Source: Candidatus Heimdallarchaeota archaeon
Lineage (GTDB): Archaea; Asgardarchaeota; Heimdallarchaeia; Heimdallarchaeales; Heimdallarchaeaceae
NCBI GenBank assembly: GCA_018238545.1
Contig: JABCTC010000031.1
Location: 1 to 41,238, forward strand
DNA: 41,238 nt
Reading direction: 5' to 3'
In this document: positions 29,296 through 38,694 of the stretch, in pieces
Numbering within the stretch: position 1 is the stretch's first letter
Layout of the letters: every line of letters begins with the position of its first letter
Translations under genes and position numbers: made by a program
Notes under the pieces: model-generated
Seen by the model: only the letters and a program-made list of their open reading frames with translations
Databases searched by the model: none
Told to the model about the DNA's origin: nothing

Positions 29296-30093
29296 TTACT
29301 TGAATTCATCTAGTGCATAGGCACTTTCGATATAATCTGCTAACTGAACTGCAAAACGTGTTGCTGGTCCTCCATCAATGGTGACATGATCTAATTTTAC
29401 CATTATACTCAATATTTCTTTCTTAACAAGTTTGTCACCTTCATAACGTGGTTGTGCAGAAATACCACCTAAGACAATATGGATAGGTAGAAAACCAACA
29501 TTTACGCCCCATCCTTTTCTTCCTGGACCAAACAGCCCAATTGAAACAATCTGACAAGTCCCACTTAACTTCTTCAACATGAATGGGTCTTTTTGTAACC
29601 TATTCCAAAAAATCATTTTTCTCATGAATTTGGGGAATCTGTAAAGCAGTTTAAACTTCTTTCTTGAAACTTCTGATGAAACCTCATTAGAAACTCCTTG
29701 TTGTATAGCTCTGATTTTATTGTGAATTTCTAAAACACTTTGTTCATTAGCTTTTCGAACTACTAACAAAGTGGGATAAGTTCTTCCATCAATTATCTTT
29801 TCAATTGGTATTTGAATATCAACTTCATCAAAAATAATTAGTTTTTTCTTCTTTCTCATAGAATGAACTATTTTGTTATCACTAATAGCTTGACCAACAC
29901 ATTTAGTTATCCAAGCTGAAAAAGAAATTGCTTCACCTGTTTTTTCTTTATATGCCTTTAGAATCTTCCTTGCTTCTGTGACATCTAACTCAGCCACACC
30001 ATAGATATAATATCTGAAACGAGACATTTCCACGACTTCTACATTCATAAGTCGTTTGAAAGGCTTAACCTCATAAGAACCTATATTATCCAT
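29296..30093 (-). CDS. Stand-alone 2-oxoacid dehydrogenase E2-like acyltransferase catalytic domain
   Basis: ELDVT, GTCQIVSIG, LDHVTIDGGPA (DHxxxDG); no lipoyl domain. Confidence 0.85.
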   Translation of the reverse strand: MDNIGSYEVKPFKRLMNVEVVEMSRFRYYIYGVAELDVTEARKILKAYKEKTGEAISFSAWITKCVGQAISDNKIVHSMRKKKKLIIFDEVDIQIPIEKIIDGRTYPTLLVVRKANEQSVLEIHNKIRAIQQGVSNEVSSEVSRKKFKLLYRFPKFMRKMIFWNRLQKDPFMLKKLSGTCQIVSIGLFGPGRKGWGVNVGFLPIHIVLGGISAQPRYEGDKLVKKEILSIMVKLDHVTIDGGPATRFAVQLADYIESAYALDEFK

Positions 30094-30210
30094 CTCTAAC
30101 CAATTTTAACAAAAATAGGTGCTTTATTAATTTTGTCTATAAGCAATTTAAATTACACAAAAATAGAAATGGTATGTTTTGAAAAAACAGATGTAGAGAA
30201 TAATCTGTCT

Positions 30211-30558
30211 TTACCATTCTGGTTCTATTCTTCTTTCAGCTATCATTTCAACAGGTATTGAAGTGTCATAATCTGGATCAAAATAGAGGGCACAGTAACA
30301 TCTTCCGAATTCTTCTATATCTGGTTGAGCGTAGTTACAAGGACAAATAATATCACGATCTGTCGCCATATCTTCAAAAGAATCTCTACAAGGACAGTTG
30401 AAATAACCAACTCTATTGAAATATATCTTCAATCCATCGACTAGCATGTCTAAAGTCCCATCAGTATTAGGATTAAGTTTCCAACCTCTTTTTTCTGCTA
30501 CACGTTTAACATAAGCATGAACGTCTTCAATTGATTTCTCTTTCTTCATATTAACCAT
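30211..30558 (-). CDS. Ferredoxin-thioredoxin reductase catalytic subunit-like protein
   Basis: CPC...CPC...CYC motif set. Confidence 0.92.
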   Translation of the reverse strand: MVNMKKEKSIEDVHAYVKRVAEKRGWKLNPNTDGTLDMLVDGLKIYFNRVGYFNCPCRDSFEDMATDRDIICPCNYAQPDIEEFGRCYCALYFDPDYDTSIPVEMIAERRIEPEW

Positions 30559-30870
30559 CTACTCTAATAACGGAACCCAGTTTTCGGGGTTATAACCAGC
30601 ATAAAAATCCTTACCATCAATCACAATGAAAGGATAACGGATTGTAGCATCAAAAAATCTCATTAAAGAGCGCTTTAATTCTCTTTTCTCTGCAATCGGA
30701 AGTAAATCTACATCTAAGTATCTAAAACTATAATTGTGATCAATCAACCATTGTTTTCCTTTTCTGCACCATTGACATGTACTAAGAGCGAATAGAAAAA
30801 TGTCTTTTTCAGATTTCTCTCCAGTCTCAAGGACAATTTGTCCGGGAATTTGTATATCTTCAAAGGTCAT
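30559..30870 (-). CDS. Glutaredoxin/NrdH-like redoxin
   Basis: ALSTCQWC, cis-Pro YP, GY; abuts the FTR gene. ORF track start is 30888; ATG at 30870 plausible. Confidence 0.88.
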   Translation of the reverse strand: MTFEDIQIPGQIVLETGEKSEKDIFLFALSTCQWCRKGKQWLIDHNYSFRYLDVDLLPIAEKRELKRSLMRFFDATIRYPFIVIDGKDFYAGYNPENWVPLLE

Positions 30871-30980
30871 GAAATTACCAAGCATCATATTTTTTTTCTT
30901 AAATATAAATCTGTCTCTGAGACAAATATATTTTTTTGTTATATCTAGTGTTTTTTATCCTTCCCTTTCGATGTCCTATT

Positions 30981-31610
30981 ATGGAAATTACAAAACCTGA
31001 AATAGAGAAGTATATGAACAATCTTCTTGAAAATCGTCCATCCATTTTTAAAGAACTTGAAGTGTATGCAAGGGAAATTGATTTTCCAATAATTGAACCT
31101 CTCGTTGGGAAACTCCTCAACCATTATGCACATATTTTGAATGCAAAGAGAATTCTTGAATTAGGATCAGGTTTTGGTTATTCTGCCTTATGGTTTTCAG
31201 AGGGAATGGATAATCAAACAGAAATAACTTGTACAGACTTTGATGAAAGTAAAAAGGAACTTGCAATGGATTATTTTGTGAAAGCTAAAACTAAAACGAA
31301 AATCGATTTTAAACTAGGAGATGCAATAGAAGTATTAGACACATCAGAAGGGGAATTTGACATCATCTTTAATGATGTAGAAAAAGAAGATTATCCTAAA
31401 GCCTTTCAGAAGTCTATACTTAAGTTAAGGAAAGGAGGAGTATTAATCACTGATAATACTCTCTGGTATGGAAAAGTAGCTAATGAAGGAGAAAAAGATT
31501 ATCAGACAGAAGGAGTAAGAGAGTATAATAGATTAGCATTTTCAGATAAAAGAGTTATATCCATGATTATACCCTTGAGAGATGGGATTACAATTTCACT
31601 GAAAATTTGA
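30981..31610 (+). CDS. O-methyltransferase (caffeoyl-CoA OMT/YrrM-like family)
   Basis: ILELGSGFGYS, FDIIFND, GGVLITDN, DG; ATG at 30981 preferred. Confidence 0.9.
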   Translation: MEITKPEIEKYMNNLLENRPSIFKELEVYAREIDFPIIEPLVGKLLNHYAHILNAKRILELGSGFGYSALWFSEGMDNQTEITCTDFDESKKELAMDYFVKAKTKTKIDFKLGDAIEVLDTSEGEFDIIFNDVEKEDYPKAFQKSILKLRKGGVLITDNTLWYGKVANEGEKDYQTEGVREYNRLAFSDKRVISMIIPLRDGITISLKI

Positions 31611-31671
31611 GAGGCATACAAAAAAAAGATGTAATATAAATTCGAAATTGTTATGAAATAACAAATTTACA

Positions 31672-33621
31672 CTAATCTATATACTTCTTCTTAAATTCCT
31701 CCCAAGAAATCATTTTCACACCAAGTGTTGTTGCTTGCTCTTGTCTTTTCTTGCCAGCTTTCTTGGCTAATACCAAATAATCTAAGCTTTTAGAGACTCC
31801 AGAACCCCATTCTATACCTTTCTCTTCTATTAAATCGACTAATTCTTCTTTTGAATACCCTTCAACTGATCCTGTAATGTATATTTTTATTGATTTCATT
31901 TTTGTTTGATCTTGAGAAGTGATGCCCAGATAAGATGATAGATCCATTTGCCCTTCTTTTGATTTTAACACAACAGTTTTCTTTTTAGGATAAATAATTA
32001 TCAAACCATTCTTGAACAGGTTGTCATACCTTTCAGTTTGTCTGATACCATCGTGGATAAATCTTGCAGTGATATCAGATATTCCTTCTAATGCCATCAA
32101 ATTCTCCATCGAAGCTTCTTTAAGTTCATCAAGACTGCTAAAAGAATTAGCTAGTTTCTTACCCATGGTCTTGCCAAGTTTTTCTATTCCTAATCCAGCT
32201 AGAAATGAACGAAAAGGTAGTTCTCTTGTACTATTGATTGAAGCTAGGATTTTTGTACCGTTTTTGCCTAATTCTTTGACTAATTGGTCTTCTGTAAGAG
32301 CATAGAGGTCAGAATAATGTTTAACCAAACCTTCATCGTAGAGTTTTTCTAAACTTTTATCACCTATTCCGTCAATACCAGTCTTTCTAATCCATGAACT
32401 AATCTCTTGTATATCTCTTCCCCTACATGAATCACCTGTACAGAGAAGATGTACTCCCGATTTCACTGTTTTAGCACCACAAGAAGGACAATGTTGAGGT
32501 AGATTTACATTACCTGTAGTATTTTTCGCAGTAACACGGATAATTTTTGGAATTACCTCACCAGATCTTTCAACATAAACAAAATCACCAGGATTAGCAC
32601 CTAGGTTAATCAGGAAATCAGCATTGTGCATTGTTGCTCTGCTTATTACCGCACCAGAAACCTCAACAGGTTCTAACTCAGCAACAGGAATTAAGACAGA
32701 TGTCCTTCCAACTTGCCAAGTAATAGCATTTAGCTTTGTAGATTTTCCTTTGCTCTCGAATTTCAAAGCTATTTGCCAGCGAGGATGATGATCTGTAGCA
32801 CCAACTACTTCTCTATCAGAAGCTAAATTAAATTTAAAAACAAGACCATCGATCTCAAAGTCTAGATTGTCTCTTTCAGCTTGGACTTTTTCGAAGTGAG
32901 TAGATAGTTCTTCAAAATTAGGTGTGTTAATTTTAAGGAAATCTGACGTTTCAAATTGCCAAGATTTCAGAATAGAGGCTTTTTCTTCAATGGTTGCATC
33001 GTCTTTCCAACCTAATAGCTCAAAAGCCATGAAATTTAGCTTTCTTCCTTCCATCATGCGTGCATCTTTTTGTTTAGCTGTTCCAGCTGCAAGGTTCCTT
33101 GGGTTACTATATTTATCATTATCGGGTAAAGAAGCATTAATCCTGTTAAATTCAGAGATTCGCATATAAAGTTCCCCTCGGATTTCAACTCGATTCTTAA
33201 AAGGAACTATTTTAGGGATAGCTTGAATTTTGAGTATATTGAGAGTAACATCATCTCCTTTAATTCCAGAACCTCTAGTAGCTGCTTGGATAAGTTTAGT
33301 GTCTTGGTAGACTATTTTAAGCGATAAACCATCTATTTTGTATCCAACCATAAGAGAACGATTTTCTGCCCAAGAAATGATTTTCTCTACAGTTTTGGCT
33401 TTTTGACATGAAAGCATAGGAGGATCATGAGAAACACTCCCATCTGTAGTAGTACCAACGATGAATAAGACGGGATTATTGGGGTCAAGTTTCCTTAATT
33501 TATCTTCAAAACTGTCATATTCAGAATCAGAGATTTCAGGCTCTCCATCGTAGTATTTTCGTTTATGGTAAAGAATTAAATTTTCAAGTTGCTTAATTTC
33601 TTCTTTAGATATTTGAATCAC
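31672..33621 (-). CDS. ligA: NAD-dependent DNA ligase
   Basis: Domain Ia YY..PEISDSEYD, KIDG adenylation motif, TRGSG, EIRGE, NPRNLAAG, DGLVFK, QVGRT, zinc finger CPSC..C..C, HhH repeats, C-terminal BRCT. Confidence 0.96.
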   Translation of the reverse strand: MIQISKEEIKQLENLILYHKRKYYDGEPEISDSEYDSFEDKLRKLDPNNPVLFIVGTTTDGSVSHDPPMLSCQKAKTVEKIISWAENRSLMVGYKIDGLSLKIVYQDTKLIQAATRGSGIKGDDVTLNILKIQAIPKIVPFKNRVEIRGELYMRISEFNRINASLPDNDKYSNPRNLAAGTAKQKDARMMEGRKLNFMAFELLGWKDDATIEEKASILKSWQFETSDFLKINTPNFEELSTHFEKVQAERDNLDFEIDGLVFKFNLASDREVVGATDHHPRWQIALKFESKGKSTKLNAITWQVGRTSVLIPVAELEPVEVSGAVISRATMHNADFLINLGANPGDFVYVERSGEVIPKIIRVTAKNTTGNVNLPQHCPSCGAKTVKSGVHLLCTGDSCRGRDIQEISSWIRKTGIDGIGDKSLEKLYDEGLVKHYSDLYALTEDQLVKELGKNGTKILASINSTRELPFRSFLAGLGIEKLGKTMGKKLANSFSSLDELKEASMENLMALEGISDITARFIHDGIRQTERYDNLFKNGLIIIYPKKKTVVLKSKEGQMDLSSYLGITSQDQTKMKSIKIYITGSVEGYSKEELVDLIEEKGIEWGSGVSKSLDYLVLAKKAGKKRQEQATTLGVKMISWEEFKKKYID

Positions 33622-33800
33622 CTATCTTCAAGAATTAGAATTATATTTAGCAATTTAAATAGTTATAGGGGAGGTATTTGAAACTGAAAACTTACTAGAG
33701 CTTATATTACTCAATTTCAAAATCTCACTATTTTTTCAATCCCAAAGAAGCTTGTTATTACTGAAACAATTTTATTAATCATTAATTCCATATTCACTTA

Positions 33801-34292
33801 ATGAGAGTTGAGAAAAAGATAGGAAAAATTTTAAAAAAGTATAATTGGACACTAGCTACCGCTGAATCTTGTACTGGTGGGTATTTAGCTAGTAAAATCA
33901 CTGATGTTGCTGGAAGTTCAGTTTATTTCTCAAATGGTTATATAACTTATTCAAACGAATCTAAGTTTCAAGATTTAGATATTCCAATAAGCTCCTTAGA
34001 AGAATTTGGTGTCTATTCTAGTAAAACTGCTGAACTTATGGCAGAAGGAGTTCGAAAAAAAACAGAAACTACATTTGGTATTGCGACAACTGGTATCGCT
34101 CCACCTGGAGATAGTTCTACATCTCTTCCCACAGGAACCACTTTTATTGGTTTAGCTACAGCAAAAAGAAGCATACACTATAAGGTTCTAATAAGAAGTA
34201 AATCTAGGTTAAGATTCAAGAAAAATGTTGTCAATAAATCTCTGAACTTGCTCCTTTCGTTAATCTACGAATATGAAAAGGAGAATAAGTGA
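33801..34292 (+). CDS. CinA C-terminal domain / PncC-type NMN deamidase
   Basis: AESCTGG, AGSS..F, YSNESK, MAEG, TTGIAPP. Confidence 0.88.
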   Translation: MRVEKKIGKILKKYNWTLATAESCTGGYLASKITDVAGSSVYFSNGYITYSNESKFQDLDIPISSLEEFGVYSSKTAELMAEGVRKKTETTFGIATTGIAPPGDSSTSLPTGTTFIGLATAKRSIHYKVLIRSKSRLRFKKNVVNKSLNLLLSLIYEYEKENK

Positions 34293-34304
34293 GTATAATC
34301 TAGA

Positions 34305-34922
34305 CTAAATTGTTTCTGATTCAAGTATTATTTTTTTAATGACTTTCTCTTTCTTCTTTTTGATATGTTTGTCAGATATCTCAATTTTGGTTAATTTTGC
34401 ATATTTCATCAAAGTAGTTAGATTCTGCAGAAGATATAAGTCTACATCCGCTTTTTGGTATAACAATTCTAGAGCTTTTGTAAACAATTTTGTATCTATA
34501 GTTGTATTTACTACCTCCTTAAGCATCTTGTGAGTAGATTCTGTAGATCTTTTTTGGAAGTATGAAACAATCACACTCAATGCAATCATCATCATGAAAT
34601 TACGATCTTCTTTTTGGATTTCTTCAAGATTTGAAATTTTCTCTGTATATTGATCGTAGATGTCCTTAACTCTGATATTGAATTTCGTAGCAAGTTGTTT
34701 GATGAATTCTTCTTCCTTCCCTTCATCAAATAAATAGCTTATATCTCTAATTTTCAGAATTAGTCGATTTAGTACCTCTCTACTACCTTTTACTTTGATT
34801 TTTTTCTCTGCTCTTCTATCAATAATAAAATGTGGTTTTTTGAAAAATTGCTGATATAGGATGAATGTAACTACATCGTAATATGCCCAATCTTTAATAT
34901 TCTGTGATTGCCCAGATTCCAT
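34305..34922 (-). CDS. Hypothetical, predicted mostly helical protein
   Basis: 205-aa ORF co-oriented downstream of the DNA methyltransferase; no recognised motif. Confidence 0.6.
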   Translation of the reverse strand: MESGQSQNIKDWAYYDVVTFILYQQFFKKPHFIIDRRAEKKIKVKGSREVLNRLILKIRDISYLFDEGKEEEFIKQLATKFNIRVKDIYDQYTEKISNLEEIQKEDRNFMMMIALSVIVSYFQKRSTESTHKMLKEVVNTTIDTKLFTKALELLYQKADVDLYLLQNLTTLMKYAKLTKIEISDKHIKKKKEKVIKKIILESETI

Positions 34923-34983
34923 CCTAACCCATAATGTGAAAAAATGAACAATTTAAAAGTGTTAGGGACTAAAATTGAGTAAC

Positions 34984-36504
34984 TTAAGATAAATTCTTCG
35001 AGATAATTTCATCTATCTTTATTCTTAATTTTAGATTTTTTGTTTTAATCAGTTCCTTTACAATTTGCGAAATCTCAGCAATAATCCTTTCAGGAAACAC
35101 AGGAATTTTGATGTTTGACATAATCCTCTGAGTATATGCGGTTCTATGACCTCTTCGCGCTCCAGCTGAAAAATAATACTCTCGGAAGAACTTACTATTC
35201 AAATAACCTAACAAGAAGTGCGGGTCTATATTTAAGGGAACTATTGTAAGCACATCTCCTGAAGCATATAGGAAGTCCTCACTCATGCTGAATCTATTTG
35301 TTTTACTTCTATCTAGTGTTGGGACAAATATTTTATGCCTATCAGCAAATACTCTATATTCATTCATATTTCTCAATGCTTGCCATTGAAACCAATGAAT
35401 TTTGCCTGGAAGATATCTAGATTTCATCTCATCTTTTAATTTTATTATCTTTTTCGAAATATTAGGCAAGCATTCAACCAGTTTTTTCTCTGAATCTATA
35501 GTTCTATCCAGAAGGATATAATTTGTACAACCTTCAGTCCAATAACCAACACAGTTTACTGCTTTAATTGTGTCTATGACCAATTTCTTTTCTGCGTCAT
35601 TGTAATTGTCTTCTTCATTAGTAGATAATCTGAAAGCTTCATCATATCCAGAGACTGGCCCAACGCCTATCCAAGCAATTTCTTTTAATTTGACATGTTT
35701 TTCTATGGTTATTTCAGGATAAGTAGTCCATATATCTTCAGAATTCTCAAACATTGATTTATCAAAATAGGTAAAAATATCGTTACTTCTTTTCTTAAGA
35801 ATTGAATCTTGTGCTGATTGCTTAATTTGAGAGGGTGATGTATTCTTATAATTTATCCTCAGAACGTTCATGGTCCTATTTTCTGTTTTAGCCTTCTTTG
35901 TAAATTTTATAATTACAGTCTCTGGATTTTCTCCATTAAAGAGTCTTACTTCATCAAGATCTATTATAGTTTCGAAGAATCCCTCAGAGATAATTTTTTC
36001 TCTAACACTCTTTGCATAAGTATTGTAAAAAAAGCCATAGGGAACGATAAAAATGAGTTGTCCACCATCTTTGAGAAAGTCTATTGCTTTGATTATAAAT
36101 GCGTAATAGATATCAGATTCTTTGCTTTGTACTATTTCTCTTACTTCTTTTTGTATTTTAGACGGTAGGGAATTATAATGAGAATAGGGTGGATTACCTA
36201 TAATTAAATCATAGCCAGTTTTCGGTTCCCAATTAAGAAAATCTTTGTTGATTATTTTATAGTGACCAAATTCTCTTTGACATTCTTTTGCCAACTCTTC
36301 ATCATATTCTACTCCAGTAACGTTTTTGTATCCTGAATTTGCTAAAACTCTAAGGAATACACCTTTACCACATCCTGCATCGAGAACAGAAATTTCGGTT
36401 TTTTCCTTATCTTTTAAATCAACTAAGCTTACCATCAATTCTGAAATAGATTGGGGTGTTTCAACAAATGCTATGGGTTGGTTACCGTTCGTTTCTGAAT
36501 TCAC
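34984..36504 (-). CDS. N6-adenine DNA methyltransferase, gamma class (TaqI/Eco57I-like) with C-terminal TRD
   Basis: ETPQ motif X, LDAGCGKG motif I, GNPPY motif IV, FLLGYLNSK...IKIP TaqI_C-like tail. Confidence 0.9.
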   Translation of the reverse strand: MNSETNGNQPIAFVETPQSISELMVSLVDLKDKEKTEISVLDAGCGKGVFLRVLANSGYKNVTGVEYDEELAKECQREFGHYKIINKDFLNWEPKTGYDLIIGNPPYSHYNSLPSKIQKEVREIVQSKESDIYYAFIIKAIDFLKDGGQLIFIVPYGFFYNTYAKSVREKIISEGFFETIIDLDEVRLFNGENPETVIIKFTKKAKTENRTMNVLRINYKNTSPSQIKQSAQDSILKKRSNDIFTYFDKSMFENSEDIWTTYPEITIEKHVKLKEIAWIGVGPVSGYDEAFRLSTNEEDNYNDAEKKLVIDTIKAVNCVGYWTEGCTNYILLDRTIDSEKKLVECLPNISKKIIKLKDEMKSRYLPGKIHWFQWQALRNMNEYRVFADRHKIFVPTLDRSKTNRFSMSEDFLYASGDVLTIVPLNIDPHFLLGYLNSKFFREYYFSAGARRGHRTAYTQRIMSNIKIPVFPERIIAEISQIVKELIKTKNLKLRIKIDEIISKNLS

Positions 36505-36550
36505 TAAAAAATAAATCTCTCTCGCTTTATAAATTGATTCTGTCAGATTG

Positions 36551-38560
36551 TTATAGATTTACTTCTTCCAACAAATCCTCGATTTTATTTGGAACATCTG
36601 AAACAAATTTTGTAACTACACGAGGAATTTCTTTTATTCTTCCCGCTACCGCCATCGACCACATGCGAATTTCAGAGCTTACTTCTGAAGCAATTACTGC
36701 TACAATCCCATTTTTTATTGCTTGTAAAGTTATGCAAAAATCATCATAATTTACGTCCTTTAATCTACCAATTTCTTCTCCTTCGATTATGCTTTCTGCT
36801 AACTGATTTATTGCCATTAAGAGCCCAGATAAAAGGAGATCATTTGCTTTCAACTTATCTTTCAGTTTTGAAAAAATTGGGATACCACTTTCTGAGATGA
36901 TCAGAAGACCTAAAACTTCAACTTCCTTTCTTTTTGTCTGAATAAGCTTCAAAGATAAAAGGGATTTAAATTGGGGTAGTATATATTCAATTATATTCTG
37001 CCCTGCTACTTCCAATAATCCTGTATTTCTAGCATTTTGGATACTGTTTTCTATTTTGTCCAAATCTTTCTTCAGTGTCTCAAAATCTATATCTTTACCG
37101 ACTTGTCTAGCTTTTTTAATATCTTCGAGTGACTTTTCATATTCTCCATTAACTGAACAAAGTACTGCACAAATCAGTAAACTGGATGTTAAAATCTGAT
37201 TATGATTATTCTCTACAGCTAATTGTCTTACTGTATCGATATAACTTAAAGCAAGATTTAGCGATTCTTTGTTTTCAAGCAATCTATAATACCACAGATA
37301 AGCAACAGAGAGTTGAATGTTGCAGAAGAGGATTAATTCTATATCTCTTGTTAGTTTAGCTTGTTCTAGAGCAGAGTTTAGATATTCAGCTGCGTTTGAC
37401 AAGTTGTGATTTAACATCTCGAGAAAACCTCGGAGATAATCAACACGAGCATTAATTGAAGGTGCTTCTAGTTCCTTTGAAAGAGATCCTAATTCTTTTA
37501 GATATTTTTTAGCTTCTGAAAGGTTCTCGATTCTGAGATAATAGTGCACTAGCTCATACATAATGAAGGCCTTGTGAAGAGATTTTTCTTTTCTTTGAAT
37601 TTCATAAGCATGTAAAAATGATTCTTCAGCTCTATCATCACCTAATAAATAATACATATTTCCAAGCTCGGTTAAATAAAGATAAGGCCATTTTCCAGTA
37701 CTTTCTTTGTAAAGATTGATAGCTTTCTCCATCATATCTTTTGCAAGATTTGACTTACCCATCACCATATGAACTTCAGCAAGATTACCACTAGCGATAG
37801 AGAGTCGATAATCATCATTATACTCTTCATGAACATTAATTAACTCCTCAAAACTCTTGATAGCTTCATGATTATCACCCATGAAACTTTCGATACCCCC
37901 CTTAACGTTTAGGTAGCTTGTTATTGTTTTGTAAAAATTGAACTTTTTTACATAAGGATCTATAAAAGTAAACATATCTTCAAAATCTACTTCAATGCCT
38001 GAATGTAAAAACCACCATGAACAGTTCATGAATGTTTCTTGTAAACCAAATTGTTCAACAAGATTATTTGTTTTAGGAATCCTATTCTTGATATATTTGT
38101 AAATTTCTTTAATTTTAATTATATCGCTTTGTTGACCATATACCCAACTTTGTATTTCAAGCATATTGGCTTTCATTTCTTCATTAAAATCAGCATGTTC
38201 TATAAGAACTGTTGAAAGTTTCTTTATCTTTTCAAATGATTCTAGATAATTTGTTGGGTTTTCTTCAAAATATACCACAAACAGCTCAATATAAGGATGT
38301 TTAATTTCTTTCAGGAGATTAAGATATCCTTCATCAGCTTTCATTTTCAGAGTCAAATAACAACTCATACTTGCTAATTCAAATATCTCCTTCTCTCCAA
38401 ATTCACTTCTGTTTTTAATAACATCCTCAAGAGCCAATACTACGCCTTTTTGCAATTTATCATTGGGATTAGCTTCATCTTGTTCTTCAATAAATTCTTT
38501 TATCAATATCTGTAATGGTTGAGAAAAACGCTCAATGAAGTATTCAAAGATACTTTGCAT
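36551..38560 (-). CDS. TPR-repeat protein with C-terminal longin/roadblock-like domain
   Basis: TPR helices (ASGNLAEVH..A, LTELGNMY..A); C-terminal LLIISESGIPIFSK...LLSGLLMAINQLAE. Confidence 0.8.
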   Translation of the reverse strand: MQSIFEYFIERFSQPLQILIKEFIEEQDEANPNDKLQKGVVLALEDVIKNRSEFGEKEIFELASMSCYLTLKMKADEGYLNLLKEIKHPYIELFVVYFEENPTNYLESFEKIKKLSTVLIEHADFNEEMKANMLEIQSWVYGQQSDIIKIKEIYKYIKNRIPKTNNLVEQFGLQETFMNCSWWFLHSGIEVDFEDMFTFIDPYVKKFNFYKTITSYLNVKGGIESFMGDNHEAIKSFEELINVHEEYNDDYRLSIASGNLAEVHMVMGKSNLAKDMMEKAINLYKESTGKWPYLYLTELGNMYYLLGDDRAEESFLHAYEIQRKEKSLHKAFIMYELVHYYLRIENLSEAKKYLKELGSLSKELEAPSINARVDYLRGFLEMLNHNLSNAAEYLNSALEQAKLTRDIELILFCNIQLSVAYLWYYRLLENKESLNLALSYIDTVRQLAVENNHNQILTSSLLICAVLCSVNGEYEKSLEDIKKARQVGKDIDFETLKKDLDKIENSIQNARNTGLLEVAGQNIIEYILPQFKSLLSLKLIQTKRKEVEVLGLLIISESGIPIFSKLKDKLKANDLLLSGLLMAINQLAESIIEGEEIGRLKDVNYDDFCITLQAIKNGIVAVIASEVSSEIRMWSMAVAGRIKEIPRVVTKFVSDVPNKIEDLLEEVNL

Positions 38561-38694
38561 TATTTCAGTCTAATATTGACTTCATTTAAATTTTAGCATG
38601 TAGGAAGGACTTTTGGTTTAACTTTTTGAAAAAAGGAAAGAATTTTAAGAAGAGTTAGTTTATTTCAAATTATCAGATATATGAGGTAGTATAA

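Noticed and set aside
34305-34922. Cognate restriction endonuclease of the adjacent methyltransferase
   Set aside because: No recognisable nuclease motif and predicted largely helical
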